Positions 9,026 to 17,490 are shown, counted from the first letter of the stretch. The stretch is DNA of 40,707 nt from an uncultured Acetatifactor sp. (GCA_947644185.1 CANRZC010000001.1:1-40707); one strand, 5' to 3'. A program made the numbers and translations. Notes: generated from the sequence alone by a model not told the origin.

Positions 9026-9586
9026 TCACTGGCCCTTCCACACAGGAAGGCGCTTCATGGCGTGGCGCACCGGCTTATAGAGCACTGCCATCAGCACAAA
9101 ATTCCCCACGCCATGGGCGATGTCAAAGGGAATCCCTGCCACCCACCATACAAATCCAGCATGGAGGCCGCTGCGTATGCTGTCCGCCATCCCGATGACC
9201 ACATAGGGAAAAGCGCATAAGAATCCAAAGGAAAAGCCAAACATGGCTGACAGAAAGCTCCAGAACCACAGGGACTCCTGTTCTCTGCAGATATAGACTA
9301 CCAATGCCAGCAAGGGCCAGGCATACAGGTACATCACCCACCACAGTCCAAATCCGTACATTGCCCCCTCCACCAGGATGAACACGGGAATGACAAATAG
9401 GATCCGCCACTGGAACAGCAAGGTAAATAGGATGATCCAGAAGCTGGTCAGTTCGATGTTTGGCAGAAAGGCCATTGCTACCTTGCATGCCTCTATCACA
9501 GCCACCATCATGCCCATGAGGGCAATGTCTTGTATGGTCAGTCTTTTCCCTCTATTTTTCTCCCCATTGTGTGTATCCATGTCCAT
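9026..9586 (-). CDS. ECF transporter S-component, probably cobalamin-specific (CbrT-like)
   Basis: Hydrophobic ~186 aa with 'IALMGMMVA', 'LPNIE' and 'GIPFDIAHGVGNF'. Lies downstream of a B12 riboswitch. Confidence 0.8.
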   Translation of the reverse strand: MDMDTHNGEKNRGKRLTIQDIALMGMMVAVIEACKVAMAFLPNIELTSFWIILFTLLFQWRILFVIPVFILVEGAMYGFGLWWVMYLYAWPLLALVVYICREQESLWFWSFLSAMFGFSFGFLCAFPYVVIGMADSIRSGLHAGFVWWVAGIPFDIAHGVGNFVLMAVLYKPVRHAMKRLPVWKGQ

Positions 9587-9669
9587 TCTTTCTATGTCCT
9601 GTCCTTTCCGCCTGTCGACGAAATTTTGTCACACTTCCTGTTACGCCACTTAGAAATTCTCTTTACACT

Positions 9670-10089
9670 TCACTGGGCCGTATCGGTGGTATAAATAATT
9701 TCAAAGACATCTCCGTCTTCAACCGGTTGAGCGTCGATACCATAATTGCAGTATTCTCCGTTTACATAGAATCCCCAGTAACCGCCGTCCACGCTGTAAT
9801 CCGCCAATTCGCCGTTTACTGTATCTACCATCATGCCATATTCGCTCTCCGTACCGGAAAAGGTCAGACCTTCAGCCTCCTCCATGGCCTGGCGCAGAAA
9901 TTGTGCATCTGTCTGTACCTGGTACTTTTCCGTATCCCCGGATTTCCCGGTGACCTCAATGATGACAGCTTTCGCGCCCTCCACAGGCTTTTCCCGAAAC
10001 AGGGAATAGACAACGGCCAATACCGCTATCACTGCCACCAGCGCCACTGCGCCGATAATTAGTTTCTTGTTGCCTTTCTTGCTTTCCAT
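9670..10089 (-). CDS. DUF4430 domain membrane-anchored protein (putative cobalamin-binding)
   Basis: N-terminal TM, then 'YGMMVDTVNG...YWGFYVNGEYCNYGIDAQPVEDGDVFEIIY', the typical DUF4430/transcobalamin-beta-like motif. GGAGG RBS before ATG 10089. Confidence 0.85.
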   Translation of the reverse strand: MESKKGNKKLIIGAVALVAVIAVLAVVYSLFREKPVEGAKAVIIEVTGKSGDTEKYQVQTDAQFLRQAMEEAEGLTFSGTESEYGMMVDTVNGELADYSVDGGYWGFYVNGEYCNYGIDAQPVEDGDVFEIIYTTDTAQ

Positions 10090-10150
10090 TTCTTTTTCCT
10101 CCGTTTTCTGCTGCCTTGCAGCCTTTTTGCAGGAATAAGATCTGCGCCAC

Positions 10151-10178
10151 AAAAAAACTCCTGCATCATGCAGGAGTT
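10151..10178 (-). terminator. Intrinsic terminator forming the expression platform of the B12 riboswitch
   Basis: Minus strand AACTCCTGCAT-G-ATGCAGGAG-TTTTTTT, 60 nt before the start codon. Confidence 0.8.
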
Positions 10179-10331
10179 GGCGTACCTTAATAGCGAAAAA
10201 TCAATCTACAGATTTTTCGTTTTTTACAGGATATCCCACAGCAGATAGCTCCACCGCTTGTCTTATGCAGGATAGAATGGGACCATACTCCCATTCCGCA
10301 CCAGCCAATTCCTCGTGGCTTTATGGCACAC

Positions 10332-10535
10332 ATGGCAGGCAGGTCTTCTGACTTGAGCATCACCGCCAGCTTCGCCTTCCCGGGAATCTATTTCCCAGTG
10401 ACATTTGCTACCCATTCTCAGGCAGCATGAAGCATGACTCCTCTCTCACAGCGACGAGATCGTGCAGGTCTTGCACCTGCTTCCCTTTTCACCGGACCAG
10501 GCGGATTTCTCCGCCCTCCGACACCTGTCATGTCC
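10332..10535 (-). ncRNA. Cobalamin (AdoCbl) riboswitch
   Basis: Minus strand shows the conserved elements in order: AGGTG...AAAAGGGAAGCAGGTGCAAGACCTGCACG..TCGCTGTGA...GTCACTGGG...CCGGGAAGGC...B12 box AAGTCAGAAGACCTGCC. Confidence 0.93.
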
Positions 10536-10553
10536 TTATTCACTTGAGTCAGT

Positions 10554-10582
10554 ATTCTATCACAATATTTGCCATAATGCAA
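10554..10582 (-). promoter_or_regulatory. Sigma-A promoter of the riboswitch-controlled operon
   Basis: TTGCAT-17 nt-TAGAAT with TG extension, directly upstream of the aptamer. Confidence 0.7.
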
Positions 10583-10739
10583 CCATGGAAATCATTTGAC
10601 TACAGCATTCCAATCAATACCTTTTTGCCCCGGAAGGCAAAGCTCTTTTTCTTCTATCTGTCAAAAACCACCCGCTTTCAAAACTGCAAAGCCAGTGGTT
10701 TTTATCAACATTTCATTTGCAATTATCTTGCCGGATAGC

Positions 10740-11840
10740 TTACAGTACCTTCACCAGCTTCAAATCCTCATCCGCCAGCAGCACATCTGCCCGCTTGCCA
10801 GGGGTGAGAGACCCTACTTCCCCATAGATGCCAATGCTCTTCGCTGGGTTCATGGTAGCGGCTGCAATGGCCTCTTCCTTGGGAATGCCAAAGGACACCG
10901 CTGTGCGCATACAGTCGTAGAGATTGGTGGCAGAGCCGGCAATGGTGCCGTTTTCCAATGTGGCAAGCTTGCCCTTCACTGTCACCTGCTGCCCGCCCAG
11001 CTCGTAGGTGCCGTCCGCCATGCCTGTGGCCCGCATGGAATCACTGATCAGAACCACTCTGCCCGGGAACATCTTGAACACCGCCCGCACCATGCTCTCA
11101 TGTACATGGATGCCGTCGCTGATCAGCTCTGGACTACAATTCTCATCCTCTGCCGCTGCCCCGATGAGGCCTGGCTTCCTGTGCTCTAAAGGCATCATGG
11201 CATTGCACAGATGGGTCACATGATTGGCCCCTGCCTTGAGGGCTGCCTTTGCCGTCTCATAATCCGCCGCCGTGTGGCCCAGAGAGATCACCACCTCATC
11301 GTGAAGCTCCCTGATAAAGTCCATAGCTCCCTCCACATTGGGCGCCAGCGTCACCAGGCGGATCTTGTGTCCGGAAGCCTCATTACACTGCCGGAAAAAG
11401 TCCACATCAGGTGCCAGGATGTATTCCTCCAGATGAGCCCCCTTCTTGTTCACATCCAGGAAGGGCCCCTCCATATTGATGCCAGCCACATGTGCCATGC
11501 CCGGTCCCTCTGTAAAGTCTCCCATGGTCTTAAAAATCTGGCGCAGTTTCTCTGTATCTATGGTCATAGAGGTAGGGCAATAGGAAGTAATGCCGCAGGA
11601 ATATTCATAGGCCAAAATCTTCTCAAGCCCCTCCAGATCCCCGTCTGAGAAGTCGCAGCCCACCGCGCCGTGACTGTGGACATCCACCAGACCGGGCAGC
11701 ACATAAAGGCCCTCTGCGTCCACAACGGACCTATCGCTCACCTCTTCCAGGCGCTCTACGACTTTTCCGTTTTCAATATATAAGTCCTTTTTGCCAAAGG
11801 TCTTGTCTTCCTGGTAAACCAGGCCTCCCTTAATTATCAT
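10740..11840 (-). CDS. nagA: N-acetylglucosamine-6-phosphate deacetylase
   Basis: 'PGLVDVHSHG', 'NMEGPF', 'KGAH', 'LGHT', 'THLCNAM', 'DGIHV', 'TIAGS'. Overlaps the nagB stop. Confidence 0.95.
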   Translation of the reverse strand: MIIKGGLVYQEDKTFGKKDLYIENGKVVERLEEVSDRSVVDAEGLYVLPGLVDVHSHGAVGCDFSDGDLEGLEKILAYEYSCGITSYCPTSMTIDTEKLRQIFKTMGDFTEGPGMAHVAGINMEGPFLDVNKKGAHLEEYILAPDVDFFRQCNEASGHKIRLVTLAPNVEGAMDFIRELHDEVVISLGHTAADYETAKAALKAGANHVTHLCNAMMPLEHRKPGLIGAAAEDENCSPELISDGIHVHESMVRAVFKMFPGRVVLISDSMRATGMADGTYELGGQQVTVKGKLATLENGTIAGSATNLYDCMRTAVSFGIPKEEAIAAATMNPAKSIGIYGEVGSLTPGKRADVLLADEDLKLVKVL

Positions 11841-12594
11841 AAACGTCACCCTTCCATCCTGTCTTCTCCCGGATCAAAGCAAGGGCAGCCTCGTCCGCGA
11901 TAATGACGGTATCATTGTGCAGCTGCAAAATAGAAGCCGGCACCTTTGGGGTCACAGGCCCGAAGCAGGAATCGTACAAAGCCTGAGCTTTGGCCTCCCC
12001 GGATGCCAACAGCAACACCTTTTTCGCAGACATGATCCCACCGATGCCCATGGTCAGCGCGTGGGTGGGCACCTCCTCTATGGAGCTGAAAAATCTGGCA
12101 TTGCTGCGCCTGGTCTCCTCTGTCAGCGTCACCACATGGGTTCCCTTCTCGAACACATCGCTAGGCTCATTGAAGCCAATATGCCCATTGCCGCCTATGC
12201 CTAGCAGCTGCAGATCAATGCCACCCATGTGGCGGATCACTTTATCATATCTGCGGCACTCTGCCTGAGCATCCTGGGCAAGGCCGTTTGGCACATTGGT
12301 GTCCTCCTTGCAGATGTTCACATGATCGAATAGATTGTGATTCATGAAATACCGATAGCTCTGGTCATGGTCGCCGGACAATCCCTTGTACTCGTCCAGA
12401 TTCACACTGCGAACCCGGGAAAAATCCAGATCCCCCTTCTCATACCACTCCCGCAACTGCTCATAAGCCCCTACCGGCGTAGAACCTGTGGCCAGCCCCA
12501 GCACTGCCTCAGGCTTCATGATTATCTGGGCGGAAAGCAGATTTGCCGCCTTGCGGCTCATGTCCTTGTAATCCTTTGCTGCATAAATCCTCAT
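11830..12594 (-). CDS. nagB: Glucosamine-6-phosphate deaminase
   Basis: 'LGLATGSTP', 'NLDEY', 'GIGGNGHIGFNEP', 'PASILQLH'. Start placed at MRIY, typical of NagB. Confidence 0.96.
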   Translation of the reverse strand: MRIYAAKDYKDMSRKAANLLSAQIIMKPEAVLGLATGSTPVGAYEQLREWYEKGDLDFSRVRSVNLDEYKGLSGDHDQSYRYFMNHNLFDHVNICKEDTNVPNGLAQDAQAECRRYDKVIRHMGGIDLQLLGIGGNGHIGFNEPSDVFEKGTHVVTLTEETRRSNARFFSSIEEVPTHALTMGIGGIMSAKKVLLLASGEAKAQALYDSCFGPVTPKVPASILQLHNDTVIIADEAALALIREKTGWKGDVYDN

Positions 12595-12719
12595 ACTTGC
12601 ACCAATTCCCTTTCCTGCTAAATTTTCTGTGCTGTCGTCCTTGCCTGACTCTTTTCCTTCACCCTTGTTCAAATAGGAGCTTCGGCAAAGTGCACAGTTT
12701 CTTTATTCAATGTGATCGT

Positions 12720-12748
12720 ATTCTACCATATTAAATAGTCAAAAGCAA
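12720..12748 (-). promoter_or_regulatory. Putative nagBA promoter
   Basis: TTGCTT-17 nt-TAGAAT with TG extension. Confidence 0.55.
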
Positions 12749-12759
12749 TGATTTTTGTC

Positions 12760-14055
12760 CTACTCCTCTAGTAATCCCAGCATCCAATGAAGCCAGCCGC
12801 TGATGGTAGAAGAACGCCGCACATAGGTGCTCATACTCTCCACTCTGTAGAGCTCCGACCTCTGCATAATGGCAACGATATCTGCTGTATCTGGAATCCC
12901 GCCCTTCTCCAGGCAAAGGCGGAAAGCTTCCCGAAATGCCTGGTGCTGTAAAATCGCCTGGCAGAAAGCCAATTGCCGCTGCCTGTAGGGCAAATGCATG
13001 ATCCGCTTGCCCGCTGCGCTCAGGGAATACACGGGCTTTCGCCCATCCGCATAATGCTTTTCCAACAGCCCTAAGTACCTGGCCGCATCGGTGTAATAAT
13101 TTGTCTGCCGGATATCAAAGGCATATTCCTCTGTGACCTGCTCTCTGCTCAGATCCTGGGTATTTAGCAACTCACAGAGATTGATAACCCGCTCAAAGGA
13201 ATTTGCCTGTGGAAAGGAGATGTCCGGTTCCGAAACCCTCATGACCCTTGAAACAACCTCCTGCAAATCCGAAAGCGTTATCCTCCTGTCTTCAATGGAA
13301 TAATTTTTGTGCTTTACCAGCACCAGAGAATTGTAAGAATCCGGATCTTGAAATGCATATTCATATAAGCAAAAGATCCCGTTGGAGTAAACCAGGAAAA
13401 CCGGCCTTACCCTTTTCGTCACCCGCCCACTCCACATTCGGTAGGGATAGTATAGCTGCCGCACCAGAAAATCCTCCGACAGATCCCTCTTTGCTTCCAG
13501 CAGCGCAAGGCTGTGAATGCCTTCAAAAGCCGCGTCTATTTCCATCTGGGAATTGTGCACCGACACCTCTGTGGGCATTTTGGTGCGCAAGTTGCGTATG
13601 TGAAAATCAAATTGCCCGGAGCCCATGCGCCCTGACACCGTGGAGTAAAGCACATCCTCCTCCAAAAAATCTGCCAGCATCCCCGAGGCAAGGGCGCAAT
13701 TGATGGCAATGGTCTCGCTGGAAATCTGACTAGCATCCAGACTTTGCAGATTTTCTGGCAGAGATGCCTGCACTATGGTTTTGTCTGACTCCCCAAAGGG
13801 CTCATATGCCTCAAAGTGCGAAATGACATAATCTCCCCGGGAGATTGGCAGAATTGCCAGTTCATGCTCACGAAAAATCTGAGGCAGATTAATGTGATGA
13901 TCAAACTTTGCCATCAAACGAGGCTCTCTGTATTCTTTTATCTGGGCTGCGGAAATGGTAAACTTTTCCTCCGCCTCAATATGGGATAAAATGTCATACT
14001 TGTCAAATAGAGCTTCCCATGCTCTGTCGTTTTGGCTTTTTGCCTGTTCACTCAT
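12760..14055 (-). CDS. Putative type II restriction endonuclease (PD-(D/E)XK core, C-terminal winged-helix-like part)
   Basis: 'QMEIDAAFEG...LLEAK' catalytic-type motif followed by 'RQLYYPYR'. Overlaps the end of the Dam-type MTase gene by 8 nt. Confidence 0.7.
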   Translation of the reverse strand: MSEQAKSQNDRAWEALFDKYDILSHIEAEEKFTISAAQIKEYREPRLMAKFDHHINLPQIFREHELAILPISRGDYVISHFEAYEPFGESDKTIVQASLPENLQSLDASQISSETIAINCALASGMLADFLEEDVLYSTVSGRMGSGQFDFHIRNLRTKMPTEVSVHNSQMEIDAAFEGIHSLALLEAKRDLSEDFLVRQLYYPYRMWSGRVTKRVRPVFLVYSNGIFCLYEYAFQDPDSYNSLVLVKHKNYSIEDRRITLSDLQEVVSRVMRVSEPDISFPQANSFERVINLCELLNTQDLSREQVTEEYAFDIRQTNYYTDAARYLGLLEKHYADGRKPVYSLSAAGKRIMHLPYRQRQLAFCQAILQHQAFREAFRLCLEKGGIPDTADIVAIMQRSELYRVESMSTYVRRSSTISGWLHWMLGLLEE

Positions 14056-14884
14056 AATTTCTTACCACCACCTCGTCCACCTGTCCCCGTTTGGTAGCGT
14101 CGGAGTTAATCGCGCGCTTTGCCTTTACGATGGTAATGTGATAAGCGGCATACTGCTCTTTGATAAAGTCAGTTGCAGAGTTGGAGAGCATAAAGCGGAT
14201 TCCCCGCTGATTCAGTTCATCGCAGCATTTCCGCAGCCGGATTTGCTCTGCCCGGTCAAAGCCCCCCTTCGCGTAACCTGTAAAGTTGGCAGTGTCGGAA
14301 ACCGGATCGTAGGGGGGATCCAGATAGACAAAGGTTCCCCTTGCCACATTGGCAAGTACCTTCTCGTAGTCCATGCTGCTGAAAGTCACCTGGGCTTTCT
14401 GAAAGTAGGTACTCACCGCTCGCAGGACAGGTGCATTTACAATATTAGGGTTTTTGTAGTGACCAAAGGGCGTGTTAAACTCTCCGGCATTATTGACTCG
14501 AAACAAACCATTATAGCAGGTCTTGTTCAAGTAAATCACCCTGGCCGCTTTCTGTACTTTATCTAGCTGCTCATATTTTGCTTTGTCTCTATCCCAGTCC
14601 CGGACCTGGTAAAAATGCTTTTCCTCATTGGGATGGGTCTCCAAAGCTGTGATAAGCTCCTCCACATTGTCCCGGATCACTTCATACATCTGCATCAGCT
14701 CGAAATTGATGTCGTTTACATATGCTATATTGGGCTGCAGCTGAAAAAGGACGGCCCCTCCGCCCAAAAAAGGCTCACAGTAAGAGGTAACACGTTTGGG
14801 AAACAGTGGGGTCAGGTCATCTAAGAGCTGTCGTTTCCCGCCAACCCATTTTACAACCGGCGCAACAAGGCGATTCTTTCGCAT
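14048..14884 (-). CDS. dam: DNA adenine methyltransferase, Dam/DpnM (D12) family
   Basis: 'KWVGGKRQLL', motif I 'EPFLGGGAV', 'YLNKTCYNGLFRVN..GEFNTPFG', motif IV 'YLDPPY', 'MLSNS'. Confidence 0.93.
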   Translation of the reverse strand: MRKNRLVAPVVKWVGGKRQLLDDLTPLFPKRVTSYCEPFLGGGAVLFQLQPNIAYVNDINFELMQMYEVIRDNVEELITALETHPNEEKHFYQVRDWDRDKAKYEQLDKVQKAARVIYLNKTCYNGLFRVNNAGEFNTPFGHYKNPNIVNAPVLRAVSTYFQKAQVTFSSMDYEKVLANVARGTFVYLDPPYDPVSDTANFTGYAKGGFDRAEQIRLRKCCDELNQRGIRFMLSNSATDFIKEQYAAYHITIVKAKRAINSDATKRGQVDEVVVRNYE

Positions 14885-14924
14885 AGTTTGTCTCTTCTCT
14901 TTCCAGATACTTTTTTGCAACTTT

Positions 14925-14953
14925 ATTCTAGCATAAGTCTTGTGCGGCTTCAA
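14925..14953 (-). promoter_or_regulatory. Putative promoter of the MTase-nuclease operon, overlapping the rpn stop codon
   Basis: TTGAAG-17 nt-TAGAAT with TG extension. Confidence 0.55.
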
Positions 14954-16098
14954 TGGGAAAGTCGTTTCCAGTAAATTTCTATTTTTTTCAGTGCTTCTTC
15001 CCTGGTCATGTTCTTTTTATCCATAAGGCTCTGCATGGTGGCATCCATTGATGCGCCAAACTCCTGGTTGAGTTCGACGAGCAGTTTTATGCTGTTTTCC
15101 TCTGCAATGTCTGCACGTTTCTTTTCTTCAACTACCTGCCTCTCCGCTTCATCAGCCCTCTGCTTCTCAAGAGCCGTATTCCTCCGTTCGGCCTGTATGT
15201 CTATCTTTTCCATGTTCTCAAATAGTTCGCCCATCTTCTTTTCCCTCACCTTGTCAGTCAGTCTCTCCGTCTCTGGCACGGGTACATTCATCTTTAGCAA
15301 GAACGCCCGGAGTATATTTGCAATGATATTCACCAGATGTTCTGGGGAGTCTCTCAGAATTGCTTCAATCTCCTTGCCGGGAAGCTTGCGGAACTTCTCA
15401 ATATCCTCCGCTGTCTGAAGCTTATTGATCATCATGATCAACGAGATCTCATCTTTCTTCTCCATTAGCATCTCATTGCTATAGTCCCGAAGGGGCACCA
15501 GATAATACTCGAAATTCGGAAGATATTTTCCAAAGACGCTCCCCTCGTGGATACGACTCCTAAAGTTCAATGGAACATTCCATCGGCTGGCACCCTCATA
15601 GTATATAATTGGCAGAATTGGGGGATACCGAAAATCCTCCCTCTTGGTCATGCCCTTTTGGATGCCTTCCGCCTCTTTCTCGTAGGCTTCCCAGATATAG
15701 ACCATGTAGCGGAACACCTGCATACATACATTATAGTCCGAAGCTGTCTTGTGTTCTATCAGTGACACCAGAAAGAACGGGGTTCCTCCGCCACCCACAT
15801 GTACCCGCTTCACCCTGTCGGAATTGCGTTCCTCCGCAAACAGCGTCACATACTGTTCCGACACGTCCTCAATGTCCTCGGGCCGTACATCTTTCAGATA
15901 TGGCAGTTCCACATAGTCCCGCAGGAACTGAGCGCATAACGTATGATCGTCAAAAATGACCTTACCGCCACTGTCCCTGATCTGAGAGTTCAGCACGATG
16001 TCTTTCGGCCCTGCCACCTTATGCAATCCTTGTGTGGCCGGATTCATCCGAGCCCTGTTCTCTGCTTTCCTTACACTTTTCTTTTTTGTCTGTTTCAT
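14950..16098 (-). CDS. Rpn/YhgA-like recombination-promoting nuclease (PD-(D/E)XK)
   Basis: 'ERNSDRVKRV...LIEHKT', 'MQVFRYMVYIW', 'PPILPIIYYEGASRW', and a charged C-terminal tail. AGGAGG RBS before ATG 16098. Confidence 0.85.
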   Translation of the reverse strand: MKQTKKKSVRKAENRARMNPATQGLHKVAGPKDIVLNSQIRDSGGKVIFDDHTLCAQFLRDYVELPYLKDVRPEDIEDVSEQYVTLFAEERNSDRVKRVHVGGGGTPFFLVSLIEHKTASDYNVCMQVFRYMVYIWEAYEKEAEGIQKGMTKREDFRYPPILPIIYYEGASRWNVPLNFRSRIHEGSVFGKYLPNFEYYLVPLRDYSNEMLMEKKDEISLIMMINKLQTAEDIEKFRKLPGKEIEAILRDSPEHLVNIIANILRAFLLKMNVPVPETERLTDKVREKKMGELFENMEKIDIQAERRNTALEKQRADEAERQVVEEKKRADIAEENSIKLLVELNQEFGASMDATMQSLMDKKNMTREEALKKIEIYWKRLSH

Positions 16099-16306
16099 AC
16101 ATACCTCCTGGTCTTTCTGGCAGACGGGTGGGAAACAGACGGTTGGTCCTCTCCTGCGTCTGCCTGCTCTTTTTTGTAGTAAATGGGTTACTTCAGGCAA
16201 AACGCCCAGATCCTTGGCTTCCTTGAGAAGCCGGATGTTACATGGCAGACGCTTTAAAGCTGGCAGCCTCCGCCATCTTGAAAAGTAGATTTTCTGAAGT
16301 GATTCC

Positions 16307-16335
16307 ATCATAGCACATGGAGGTGTGGATTGCAA
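16307..16335 (-). promoter_or_regulatory. Putative rpn promoter
   Basis: TTGCAA-17 nt-TATGAT with TG extension. Implies a ~200-nt 5' leader. Confidence 0.6.
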
Positions 16336-16462
16336 TAGGAAAGCTTACAGTGAAATTTTTTAAAAATTGCTTTCCAGTCCCACCCTAGTGCTGATGTTCA
16401 ACAGACACAAATAACGCTTTTAACCCTTAAATCAGTTGATCTCTGCATAAACGGCTTGTTGT

Positions 16463-16491
16463 TTTACAACCCTTTTGGCTTCTGTTATAGT
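16463..16491 (+). promoter_or_regulatory. Putative promoter of the XRE-FHIPEP gene
   Basis: TTTACA-17 nt-TATAGT with TG extension. Confidence 0.5.
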
Positions 16492-16572
16492 AGAATTATC
16501 TGAAAGTTAGCCCATGTAACTGGCGACATTGTTTCCACATAAGTGCGGAAAAGAAGACAAGGAGGACGTAAA

Positions 16573-17490
16573 ATGACAGGAAAATCAAATACATGGATGC
16601 AGCTAGGTCTGCGGCTGTCCAATTGCAGGCAAGACAGGAATATGACCCAGGAGGAGCTGGCCGGGAGGCTGGGGATAACGCCCCAGGCTGTGAGCAAATG
16701 GGAGCGGGGGCAAAGCCTTCCTGATATCTCCATGCTCTCCGATCTGGCGACTCTTCTGAATGTCAGCGCGGACTGGCTGCTGGGCATCCGGGGAGAACAG
16801 CGCCCAGAGTCAAAAGAGAAAGCTTCCCCAGGCGGGTACCTGCCTGATTTTGTACAGGAGATGCCGCCGGAGCTGGGAAACTGTCTGCGTGGAAGTCTGG
16901 AGCAGCTGGAGCTGGTGTTCGGTGAGGGACTTGTACCCCCATTCCTGGGGGACAGCCCCTATGGGAAGTTAATTCAGGATCTGCGAATACAGCTAGCCAG
17001 AGAGGGCATCCTGATGCCAGTGGTCCGCCTGCGTGACAATAATCACATGGCTATGGGAAAAAAGGAATTCATGATTCTTTCCTTCCATAATGTTCTGTAT
17101 TCAGAGGTTTTGGATACCGCTGACGAGGGAACCGTGAGATACATGATAGACAGGCTGGCAGACACCGTGCGAAGCAAGTACCATGAAATCTTATGTCCTG
17201 ACCTGATGAAGAACATTGTGGACAACTTAAAAATCAGATACCCCGCCTTAATCGAGGATGTTGTGCCTGAGAGGATATCCTACGGCCTGCTCACGGAGAC
17301 CGTGAAGCTGGTTCTCTCCAGGGGCAATTCTATGTGCTATCTTCCAAAGATGCTGGAGATCATGGAATGCGCCTTGCGCAAAGATCCTGCCGCGGACCCC
17401 CATCAACTGGCGGAGCAGGTTCTGCAAGGGATCCAGCGGGAAGACAATTTCTACGTCTTCCTCCGCCAAAGGCAGACTCAGGATGCTTGA
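16573..17490 (+). CDS. XRE-family HTH protein fused to a partial FlhA/FHIPEP cytoplasmic domain
   Basis: N-term HTH_3 'MTQEELAGRLGITPQAVSKWERGQSLPDI'. C-term 'LELVFGEGLVP', 'GILMPVVRLRDN', 'VDNLKIRYPALIEDVVPERI', 'DPHQL' resemble FlhA-C. GGAGGA RBS. Confidence 0.8.
   Translation: MTGKSNTWMQLGLRLSNCRQDRNMTQEELAGRLGITPQAVSKWERGQSLPDISMLSDLATLLNVSADWLLGIRGEQRPESKEKASPGGYLPDFVQEMPPELGNCLRGSLEQLELVFGEGLVPPFLGDSPYGKLIQDLRIQLAREGILMPVVRLRDNNHMAMGKKEFMILSFHNVLYSEVLDTADEGTVRYMIDRLADTVRSKYHEILCPDLMKNIVDNLKIRYPALIEDVVPERISYGLLTETVKLVLSRGNSMCYLPKMLEIMECALRKDPAADPHQLAEQVLQGIQREDNFYVFLRQRQTQDA

Noticed and set aside
14950..16335. Rpn gene as an active IS/transposase; ORF-track start at 16335
   Set aside because: No terminal inverted repeats or target duplication seen, and Rpn proteins are not established transposases. 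The 79-codon extension spans the predicted promoter and leader; the AGGAGG RBS supports ATG 16098.
16573..17490. A true flhA gene or flagellar/T3SS locus
   Set aside because: No N-terminal TM domain or FHIPEP motif region, and no neighbouring flagellar genes. An intact HTH fusion with its own RBS and promoter argues against a simple pseudogene.
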